Shown here one piece after another: positions 19,884 through 28,179 of a DNA stretch of 64,000 nucleotides (its first letter is position 1; each line of letters begins with the position of its first letter). Source of the stretch: Promethearchaeota archaeon (GTDB lineage: Archaea; Asgardarchaeota; Lokiarchaeia; Sigyniarchaeales; SOKP01); contig JAHLWP010000009.1 in assembly GCA_019057865.1 (NCBI GenBank), positions 68,046 through 132,045 on the forward strand. The letters are read 5' to 3'. The translations under genes and the position numbers were made by a program. The notes beneath the pieces were generated by a model. The model ran no database searches and had not been told where the DNA came from. It worked only from the letters and a program-made list of their open reading frames with translations.

Positions 19884-20357
19884 TTATTTCTTGGTCTCAA
19901 AACCTTTAATTGCAAGATATAGGAGGGCAGCTGTTAATATTCCACCGATTAATCCACCATAAAAAGCTTCTCCTAACCACCAATCAGTGTAGTCTGCATC
20001 AGCCATTTCTACTTCAAAAACTATTGCTCCAATTATACTAAGAATGGCAATAACGCCAGAAAAAACCATAGATCCTTGTAATATCTTTATTGAAGGTATT
20101 TTCTCTGGTTGCCGAAGAGCTATAAATGAAAGAGCAGCAATCCCTAAAAATGCTAATCCTATAAATACAAAAGCAAGCCCTCCAATAGCATCTCCTTCAT
20201 ACAACGCATAAGAACCGACCCATCCATAAATTCTTGGACTATAATTATACCATCCGGCGAAATCAGTAGCAAGAAATAAAATTCCAGTTATCGCACTACA
20301 AATTAATGCCCCAACATAATAACTTGACAATTCACCTTTTATCCTTTCTAAAGTCAT
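19884..20357 (-). CDS. Four-TM hypothetical membrane protein
   Basis: Four hydrophobic helices. Confidence 0.75.
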   Translation of the reverse strand: MTLERIKGELSSYYVGALICSAITGILFLATDFAGWYNYSPRIYGWVGSYALYEGDAIGGLAFVFIGLAFLGIAALSFIALRQPEKIPSIKILQGSMVFSGVIAILSIIGAIVFEVEMADADYTDWWLGEAFYGGLIGGILTAALLYLAIKGFETKK

Positions 20358-20460
20358 TTTTAACCACTTATACCTCTATTATATTTTATAAATTGTTAAT
20401 AATAATTAGAATCGATATAATATTGTTTAAATGTTTATTTTATAATTAAAAAACGAGTTC

Positions 20461-21369
20461 TTAAATATTACAAGCTTCTATTGCATTTTTAGGCATTACT
20501 TGTATCGTTGATTCAATTATATTATATTTTTTGGATAAAAAGGTATTAATTTCTGAAATCAAATTATCTTGATTAACATTCATCTCTTCATCTATCTTTA
20601 TATAGGCAGAAAACATAAGCATATCGGGTGTAATTGTCCAAAGATGCATATTATAAATTTCAATAATATCTTTAAAGTTATTTTTCAAATCATCATTAAT
20701 AGTATCAATATTCAATCCCTTTGGTGCCATTTCAAGTAGAATTCTTGTTGATTCTTTTAATACACTCCAAGCCCAATAAAGAATTACCATTGATATCCCA
20801 ATACTTACAACAGGATCAAGTACGTTGAAATCAGTATAAAGTATAATAATTGAAGCTATTACAATCCCAATAGAAGATGCAGCATCTCCAATCATATGAT
20901 AAAACACACTCTTGACATTCAAATTATTATTATGACTTCCTTGTAGGATCCCAATACTTGTTAGATTTACTAAAAGTCCTATAAGAGCAATTAATAACAT
21001 ATAAAAGCCAAATACTTCTTCTGGATTTAAAAACCTAAGAATTGCTTCATATATCATTATCCCTACAATTGGAATAAGAAATAAACCATTAATAAAAGCT
21101 GCTAACACCTCAGCTCGGTATAAGCCAAAAGTTTTATGGTGACAAGGAGGTTTTCTTGCAATATTAATAGCTAATAAACTTATCCCAATAGCAAAACTGT
21201 GAGTGAACATATGACCAGCATCACTTAACAAAGCGATGCTATTTGTAATTAAACCACCAATAATTTCTAAAACCATAACAGTTGTAGTAATAATCAGTGA
21301 AATGTAGAGTTTCTTCCTTTCTACAGACCGGTATTGGAATAAATGCTCAGAAAAAGAACTTTTACTCAA
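20461..21369 (-). CDS. czcD: Cation diffusion facilitator (CzcD-like)
   Basis: SIALLSDAGHMFTH, TFGLYRAEVLAA, HMIGD, HLWTI. Confidence 0.92.
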   Translation of the reverse strand: MSKSSFSEHLFQYRSVERKKLYISLIITTTVMVLEIIGGLITNSIALLSDAGHMFTHSFAIGISLLAINIARKPPCHHKTFGLYRAEVLAAFINGLFLIPIVGIMIYEAILRFLNPEEVFGFYMLLIALIGLLVNLTSIGILQGSHNNNLNVKSVFYHMIGDAASSIGIVIASIIILYTDFNVLDPVVSIGISMVILYWAWSVLKESTRILLEMAPKGLNIDTINDDLKNNFKDIIEIYNMHLWTITPDMLMFSAYIKIDEEMNVNQDNLISEINTFLSKKYNIIESTIQVMPKNAIEACNI

Positions 21370-21576
21370 AATTAATCCCTTAAAGTTTTCTCAATATTAT
21401 AAAAAGATATTTTTCTAATAAAATAATGGATTAAGAATTATCACTAGTTTTAAAAGAACTATCTCTCACTTATTTCTTTATTTAGATAAACTAAAATTAT
21501 AGAATATAAGAATTAATTTTTTAGATGAAAAATTATAAAAAATATCTAGTAAAATTTTTAGAGTAGTGATTTTTTT

Positions 21577-21798
21577 ATGCCAAATATAAAAAAATGGGAA
21601 GCTAATGATCATTGGGTTGAAATTAATTTGGATCTTTGTGCTGGATCAGGAGAATGTGTAGAAGTCTGCCCAGCTCAAGTTTACGATATTCTTGATGGAA
21701 AGGTAGATGCTGAAGATATTGCTGAATGTATCGAGTGTGGAGCTTGTGAAGGAGCATGCCCATATGATGCAATCATATCTCACTCTGCTTGGAAATAA
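21577..21798 (+). CDS. Dicluster ferredoxin (possibly [3Fe-4S]/[4Fe-4S])
   Basis: CAGSGECVEVCP (second Cys replaced by Ser) and CIECGACEGACP. Confidence 0.92.
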   Translation: MPNIKKWEANDHWVEINLDLCAGSGECVEVCPAQVYDILDGKVDAEDIAECIECGACEGACPYDAIISHSAWK

Positions 21799-21958
21799 TG
21801 AGAAATCAATCGAATTCTGAATTAATTAAGATTATTCAAATGATTTAAAAACAATTTATTTTATCTTTAAGGATTTTAGTCTTTCTGAGAATAATTTTTC
21901 GATCCATATTCAATCCATTTCGAGATTAATTCTATTTTAAATCTCTCTTTCTAATGGA

Positions 21959-22705
21959 TTAGCTCTTTCTAAATCTTAAATAGAATGTGTCTTTTTCTTC
22001 TTCTTTTTTTAATATTTTAAAACCTATATTTTTAGCCAAGTCTGAGTTATGATCCATATCCTGTTCTTTATTCCATAATATACCATAACCACTTTCAATC
22101 ATTTTATCATTAATTTTTACATTAAGCCTTATACCATAGATATCTCTTTTATTATTACCTCTATTTGGTATAGTTAAATCCCAGAGCACAAATTCACCAT
22201 CTTTTTTCAAAACTCTATATATTTCTTCAAAGACTTTTTTGTGATCCGCTATTGGGATATACATCATAGTGTAAAATGCTGTGACGGTATCAAATGTATT
22301 ATCTAAAAATTGTAAATCTTTAGCATCCATAATTATTTTTAAATCTTTGTCACTCGGAGCCTCTTTGAGTTCACTTTTATTAGGATCTATTGCAACAACC
22401 TGTTCGCCTTTAAATTGTCCTATTACACCTTGTCCACCTCCCCCAATATCTAAGATCCTCCCTTTTAATTCAATTTTTGATAAATCAATTGTGTGAGGGC
22501 CCACCATTATAGCTCTTTCTTCAGCTAATAACTCCATGAACTCATTAATAGCATCTTGATTCGCATGCCACTCATTTTCTATTTTTTTTCCTTTAATTTT
22601 ACCTTCTTCAAAATATCCTCTTATTTCTTCAGCACTTATCTTTTTATGGAACATCTCGCTAATATCATTAATATTAAAATATTCAACATTATCAATTTCT
22701 TTCAT
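21959..22705 (-). CDS. HTH-fused class I SAM methyltransferase
   Basis: ILDIGGGGQG, FLDNTFDTV, YRVLKKDG; excisionase-like N-terminal HTH. Confidence 0.85.
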   Translation of the reverse strand: MKEIDNVEYFNINDISEMFHKKISAEEIRGYFEEGKIKGKKIENEWHANQDAINEFMELLAEERAIMVGPHTIDLSKIELKGRILDIGGGGQGVIGQFKGEQVVAIDPNKSELKEAPSDKDLKIIMDAKDLQFLDNTFDTVTAFYTMMYIPIADHKKVFEEIYRVLKKDGEFVLWDLTIPNRGNNKRDIYGIRLNVKINDKMIESGYGILWNKEQDMDHNSDLAKNIGFKILKKEEEKDTFYLRFRKS

Positions 22706-22830
22706 AATTATCTTATAATATATACTAGAATATTAAAATCTTTTAAAAAATAAAAACAAGGTAGACCTTAAATGAATTTAAATAATATATTTATAAAAAG
22801 TTTGGAAAGAAGCTAATGACTAGTTAAGAA

Positions 22831-23277
22831 TTAGCATAGTCGTCCTTCCTTTTTATAGCAATCAAAAGTACTATCTAAATTTCCAATATAATTTATCATG
22901 GAATTGTACCATTTATCCAATAATTCTCGAAATTGTTTTTTTACAAATTCTAAATCTTTTGCACTATAAGCGTAAAGATACCCTCGTTTATTTATGTCTT
23001 TTTTTCCTTTAAATTCAAAGAATTCTTTTCTAGACAATGATTCTCTCTTAATAATTTTTAGTTCAATTAAATTTTGAAGTGCTCTTTGAATTGAGCTTCT
23101 ATCTTTATTAAAAGCATTTTTTAATTCTCCTGTACTAACTTTTTTATTTTTTAATAAATAGGAAAAAATGGTCGATTCTAATTCATTAAGACCAAGAATG
23201 CATTTAAACAAATTACCACTTCTATAAATATTTTTATCTTCTAACATGTTTTTTAATTGTTTAGAAATACTTTCCAA
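22831..23277 (-). CDS. TrmB/MarR-like HTH regulator
   Basis: CILGLNELE...KDRSSIQRALQNL...GYLYAY. Confidence 0.85.
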   Translation of the reverse strand: MESISKQLKNMLEDKNIYRSGNLFKCILGLNELESTIFSYLLKNKKVSTGELKNAFNKDRSSIQRALQNLIELKIIKRESLSRKEFFEFKGKKDINKRGYLYAYSAKDLEFVKKQFRELLDKWYNSMINYIGNLDSTFDCYKKEGRLC

Positions 23278-23344
23278 GAGGTTTCACCATATGTACTTTT
23301 TTGAAAATTAAAATAAAAAGGATAAATTGCAAAATTGAGCTGAT

Positions 23345-23746
23345 TTAAGATTTAAGTTTTTCGAGAATTTGTTTTAAGGTATCATAATTCATTACTCCAA
23401 CAATTTTCCTTACAAGTTTCCCGTTCTTAATAAGGAGAGTGGTTGGAATTGCTGTAACACCAAAATATTGTGCTATAGACGGATTTTCATCAACATTAAC
23501 TTTAACAAATATGAAAGCATTAGAATATTCTTGTTGTAATTTCTCAAAAATTGGGGCAAAGATCTTACAGGGTCCGCACCATACCGCCCAGAGATCTATT
23601 ATTACGATCTTATCTGGAAAATCTTTTGTCAATTTATTCAATTCGTTAATATCATGAAGTTTTATAATTTCATTTGGCATTGATTTCTTCTTTAATAACA
23701 TTTCTACTTTTCTCTGTCTAATTTTTTGTAATTCATCACCCGACAT
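23345..23746 (-). CDS. trxA: Thioredoxin
   Basis: WAVWCGPC, VNVDEN, AIPT. Confidence 0.95.
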   Translation of the reverse strand: MSGDELQKIRQRKVEMLLKKKSMPNEIIKLHDINELNKLTKDFPDKIVIIDLWAVWCGPCKIFAPIFEKLQQEYSNAFIFVKVNVDENPSIAQYFGVTAIPTTLLIKNGKLVRKIVGVMNYDTLKQILEKLKS

Positions 23747-23773
23747 TTTTCAACATTCTTCTTTAATTTATTT

Positions 23774-23803
23774 AAAGTTGTGAAGAATTTTAATCACAAC
23801 TTT
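23774..23803. promoter_or_regulatory. Perfect 10-bp inverted repeat AAAGTTGTGA-N10-TCACAACTTT; probable operator of the trx-HTH operon
   Basis: Lies between the minus-strand TATA (TTTAAATA, about 23830-23837) and the trx start. Confidence 0.6.
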
Positions 23804-24056
23804 CTTATGTAAAAAAAGTAAAAATTGGTATTTAAACGTCTTTATTATGAAAAAAAATTCATAACTAAAATGTGGATGTATAAAAAAATTCATTTTTTAA
23901 ATTACTAAATAAATTAAAAATATTTGACAACTATTATCTTTTTTATAAGGGTAACTAATTTAAATGTACAAAAATATCATAAATTTGCTTTTAATAATAC
24001 TTATAAGACTAAATTTCTTTAATTAAATTTAAAAGAAGCTCATAGTTTTTATCTAA

Positions 24057-24809
24057 ATGAAAATTCATTCGCTATTTATTTTAACAAAAGCAGGAGTTTG
24101 CATTTATAGCAGGAATTTTACAGAAGATTTTGAGAATATTGAGCCAAATTTAATTACCCCTTTCTTTTCAGCTATCTTTTCCTTCTCTGAAAATGTAATC
24201 ATGCAACAAACCCCTGAAATTATCGAAATGGGTGATTTTAGGTTTGTTTTCAGAATACAGAAAGATTTCATATATACAATATTATCAGATTCAAGCGCAA
24301 GTCTATTATATATTAGTTCTCGATTAGCCAGTATAATAGATGCATTTGGAGTTTTCTTGAAAGCAGCTGATATTGATGATTATCAAATAATTGAGAACCA
24401 TGCATTTGATCTCAAGATTGATTCTATAATTACAGGTGAAGCTGAATTGACGTTAAATAGAGCTTTATATAGGAAAATAATCGATCACATTAAAAGCTTG
24501 GTGTTTGAGAACGAAATCATTGGAGCAGCACTTTTTTCAATTAATGGAAAAGTTATTTATTCATCGCTACCTCAAGATATCTTATTATCCTCATTAAAAG
24601 AACTAGAAATACGATATAAAGTAGCACATGAATTTAACATGACCTTTTACAGTTTGGAAAATAATCAAAAAGTATTTTCAAAAATTATTGAAATTCCGTG
24701 GAAATTAGAACCTCTAATTATCGTAATTTTATTTGATTCGACCGTTCCACTTGGAATGGCTGAAGTTAATTTAGATAAAACAGCTAAAACAATACAAAAC
24801 ATTATTTAA
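24057..24809 (+). CDS. Longin-like plus roadblock-like two-domain protein
   Basis: Longin-like N-terminus IHSLFILTKAGVCIYSRNF...LITPFFSAIFSFS; roadblock-like C-terminus IIGAALFSINGKVIYS...VPLGM. Confidence 0.7.
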   Translation: MKIHSLFILTKAGVCIYSRNFTEDFENIEPNLITPFFSAIFSFSENVIMQQTPEIIEMGDFRFVFRIQKDFIYTILSDSSASLLYISSRLASIIDAFGVFLKAADIDDYQIIENHAFDLKIDSIITGEAELTLNRALYRKIIDHIKSLVFENEIIGAALFSINGKVIYSSLPQDILLSSLKELEIRYKVAHEFNMTFYSLENNQKVFSKIIEIPWKLEPLIIVILFDSTVPLGMAEVNLDKTAKTIQNII

Positions 24810-24899
24810 AATTCCATATTCTTAACCTTTTCAGAAAGAAAATAAGAAGTAGGTTTTAAGAAAAACCTTATTTATTGTTGTTTATTTTGAAACTTAATT

Positions 24900-26168
24900 A
24901 TGTTTGATGTTATTGTCATTGGCGCTGGAGTATCAGGTGCTTCTTTTGCAAACAAAATTTCAAAATATGCAAAGACACTTCTTATAGAAGCCCAAGATTA
25001 TGAAACAGAGATTCCAATAAGAACAAATATTTTTCCAGAACATAATAGGCCTTTTATCCAGAATGAAATTGATTGGGAAAACAGTTCAATCTTTCCTTGT
25101 AAACACACGAAATCAAATTACATGAGTGATGAATTTAATGGCGTTATCGATTCTACCGAATTTGGAATACCTTTAGGAAATATATGCTATACTGAAAATC
25201 TTATTGGAGAATTAATAAATCAGTTTGAACAACAGGGGGGAAACTTTAACTCTAATGAGAGAATCTCAAAAATAAACAGACACAGTGATCATTTAGAATT
25301 AATCAATGCTAAGGGTGTTTCTTATTCAACAAAACTATTGATATTGGCAACTGGCTCACGTGGATTTGATCTACAGCGATCTCTGGGATTCGAAATTCCA
25401 GATCATTATACAGGGACCTATCTCCATCTATTTGGAGATGAAAACAAAATAAATGAGAATATTGAATGGAACTATACTTTTCACATCAATCCTAAAATAA
25501 GTTGGAATGGCCCTTTTTTCTTTAATAAAGGTAAAGAGAGAATTTCAGCAGGATTTTTAGGTGAAAAAAATCAATCCAAAGAGGAAATTATTTCTAAACT
25601 TGAAAGAATTTTAAAAAATTATAAACCTATCCAACCGTTTATTGAAGGGTTAAAATATAACTTATCATCAGCAGTTGTAGGTGACATCTCTAAACATCCA
25701 ATTAAAAGGTTCTCAAACGATCGAGTTCTTGTTCTTGGTGAAGCAGCGGGAATAGTAACTGCTTTTTTTTATGAAGGATTGTTGCCTGGAGTAGCTTGTG
25801 CTGATATAGCAACTAACACTTTAAAGGCGTTATTAGAAAAAGGCAGTAATTTTAGCCGATCAGAACTACAAAAATATGATCAAGAAGTTAGACGCATCTT
25901 AATGCCTTATTTTAAGAATGGGAATGCCCTTGAATACTTGATCTATAATGAAGGGTCCTATGTGAAGTCTTTATGGCGCTTATATACAGAACTACTTAAT
26001 GAAAATAAATTAGCAAGAAAGTACATTTATGAAGCATATATTAACCATGATCTAGCAAACCATAATACAAGTAATGATAGATATGTTGGGGAAAAATGGT
26101 TCGGAAAGCTTCCCGTACTTTCAAAAATAACATTAAGTCCACGATTTTTTAAAGCTATGTTGTTATAA
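24900..26168 (+). CDS. FAD-dependent oxidoreductase, geranylgeranyl-reductase-like
   Basis: FDVIVIGAGVSG, LILATG, VLVLGEAAG...FYEGL. Confidence 0.8.
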   Translation: MFDVIVIGAGVSGASFANKISKYAKTLLIEAQDYETEIPIRTNIFPEHNRPFIQNEIDWENSSIFPCKHTKSNYMSDEFNGVIDSTEFGIPLGNICYTENLIGELINQFEQQGGNFNSNERISKINRHSDHLELINAKGVSYSTKLLILATGSRGFDLQRSLGFEIPDHYTGTYLHLFGDENKINENIEWNYTFHINPKISWNGPFFFNKGKERISAGFLGEKNQSKEEIISKLERILKNYKPIQPFIEGLKYNLSSAVVGDISKHPIKRFSNDRVLVLGEAAGIVTAFFYEGLLPGVACADIATNTLKALLEKGSNFSRSELQKYDQEVRRILMPYFKNGNALEYLIYNEGSYVKSLWRLYTELLNENKLARKYIYEAYINHDLANHNTSNDRYVGEKWFGKLPVLSKITLSPRFFKAMLL

Positions 26169-26207
26169 ATATTAGAAATATAATAAAAAACAGAAATTTT
26201 TTTCTCC

Positions 26208-27320
26208 TTATTTCTTAATATTTAATAATTCTATCCGTTCTTTTTTTTCTTCAACTTTTCTAACTAAAATTACCGCTACTCTGCCAATTTGTGCCTTTAA
26301 AGAAGCTTTTATCCCATATTTCTTATATATGAGTCTAATTAATAGAGATAACAAAATGTATGTCCCTATTGCAGCGATACAGAAGGTTAATGCATTCAAT
26401 TGATTTAAAAAAATAAAATATATGATATTATGTGAAAAATAGATGGTGAAAGAATAAAAAGAGTAGAAATAGAATAATCTATAGCTCTTTTCTACTTTTA
26501 TGACTTCGAATTCTTCAAGGATTAATAAAATAGAAAGTGAAGTTAATATTACTCCTAGTGAATATATTGTCGATGAAAAAGTTTTATGTGTTAAAAAACC
26601 AGGAAAAAGAAACAAAACCGCAAATAATATAAAAATTGTGCCCATTATTAATGACGGGAGTATTAATTTATAAATTAATGCCAATCTTCTTTCTTTTTGA
26701 TCATCTTTGAGATATATTTCAAACATGATATCTCCTACAACCATTCCTATTAAAAAGAAACTGAAATAATATAGAATGGGATGTAAACCATTATACAAAA
26801 CATGATATAAGGCTCCAAAAATGTTAACTTGTCCTTCATAAGGCAAAAGAATTGACTGAATGTAATAATGACTAATCCAAATAATCACGGCAAATATGAT
26901 TCTAAATGATTTTGAAGTTTTTAACAGTAAAAATGCTAATAATAGGGATATAGCTATTGTAAGTGGTATATACCATTTCCAAATATCTAAAGGATTTAAC
27001 GTTCCTATTGCAGTACCGCTAGAGTAAAGTAGAGCTAAAACTAATATTAGTAAAGCTCGAAATAAATATTCATTATTTACTTGTTTTATACTTTTATCAT
27101 CCGAAGCTTCAGCTTTAGTAAGTCTACTCCTGAAAAATAATACCGTACTTATTCCTGAAACAAGTAAAAATCCAGTACCTACTATATCACCTAAAATTGA
27201 ATGAAGTGCTGCAGTTAACCAACGATCTTCAGGTCTCACCCACCAATCAATTATATGTCCAAGAACCATTATAAACATGCACCACCCGCGAATAGTATCT
27301 ATGCTTTTTATCCTCTTCAT
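26208..27320 (-). CDS. HGSNAT/DUF1624-like membrane acyltransferase-family protein
   Basis: RIKSIDTIRG..MVLGH, GFLLVSGIS, SFTIYFSH; about 10 TM helices. Confidence 0.8.
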   Translation of the reverse strand: MKRIKSIDTIRGWCMFIMVLGHIIDWWVRPEDRWLTAALHSILGDIVGTGFLLVSGISTVLFFRSRLTKAEASDDKSIKQVNNEYLFRALLILVLALLYSSGTAIGTLNPLDIWKWYIPLTIAISLLLAFLLLKTSKSFRIIFAVIIWISHYYIQSILLPYEGQVNIFGALYHVLYNGLHPILYYFSFFLIGMVVGDIMFEIYLKDDQKERRLALIYKLILPSLIMGTIFILFAVLFLFPGFLTHKTFSSTIYSLGVILTSLSILLILEEFEVIKVEKSYRLFYFYSFYSFTIYFSHNIIYFIFLNQLNALTFCIAAIGTYILLSLLIRLIYKKYGIKASLKAQIGRVAVILVRKVEEKKERIELLNIKK

Positions 27321-27722
27321 TTATAATCCTTCGATTTTGTATGTACAATTTTAATTACAATAGGAATTAGTTTAGCTTTATCACCTTTAATTAAATAATA
27401 ACAAGAGATATAAACAGAAATATATTAGTATCCTTATAATTTTTTTTGAAATATTTTTTCCTTAAAAATTAGTATTGAACATTTATGTACTGAACTTGAA
27501 TAGGTATAATTTGAACCTGAAAAGGTTGAATACCTAGTCAAGTAATATGTTTTAAATCTTTTGTAAGAATTTTTTATTACTTTTTTCTTCACATTTTATA
27601 CTTTTTAAAATGTCAATAATCAAAAACTGTTTACTTGTTTTAACTAAAAACTAAAGTAAACTAATAATAAAAATCATTAACAATATCAATGAAAAAGAGA
27701 ATTAGGAGATATTTTTTTTCCT

Positions 27723-27920
27723 TTATTCGTAAATCAATAAAGGATTCTTGTTTTCATCCGTTCTTAAACTCTTAATATAACTAGCCAGGATATCTTCCTG
27801 AATTTTTACAATATCAGAATTGTAATTCGTACAATTCCATCCGTATGTCTTTCGATCATCCTCAAATATTATACCTGTAGAGAATCTGTGTTTAACACCA
27901 CATTTCGTACAATATTGCAT
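27723..27920 (-). CDS. Small hypothetical protein, degenerate zinc-ribbon
   Basis: CTKC plus WNCTNY (fourth Cys absent); SD-like GTGA upstream. Confidence 0.55.
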   Translation of the reverse strand: MQYCTKCGVKHRFSTGIIFEDDRKTYGWNCTNYNSDIVKIQEDILASYIKSLRTDENKNPLLIYE

Positions 27921-28179
27921 TTTTAGTCACTTATTTTTAAACTTTTTTCAGATATATTTAAAATATATGAAAATGAATATAAAAATGTAACTATTGGTTA
28001 AAAAGACTTCACCAAAATCGGTGAATCTATCATTAACGTTCAAAATATGAAGTTTTCCTTTATAAAATTTACGAAAAAACTGAACTTTTTTCAGTGTAAA
28101 GATTTAGACGACAAAATTGATCAACAAAAATTGAAATAATTGAACATATTTAAAAATAATAATCTACATAAAAATTGGA

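Noticed and set aside
27510-27540. Resemblance to the 3' half of a TPP riboswitch (TTTGAACCTGA..AGG..AATACCT)
   Set aside because: Lacks CTGAGA/P2-P3 and the GCGnAGGG strand, and no plus-strand gene lies downstream.
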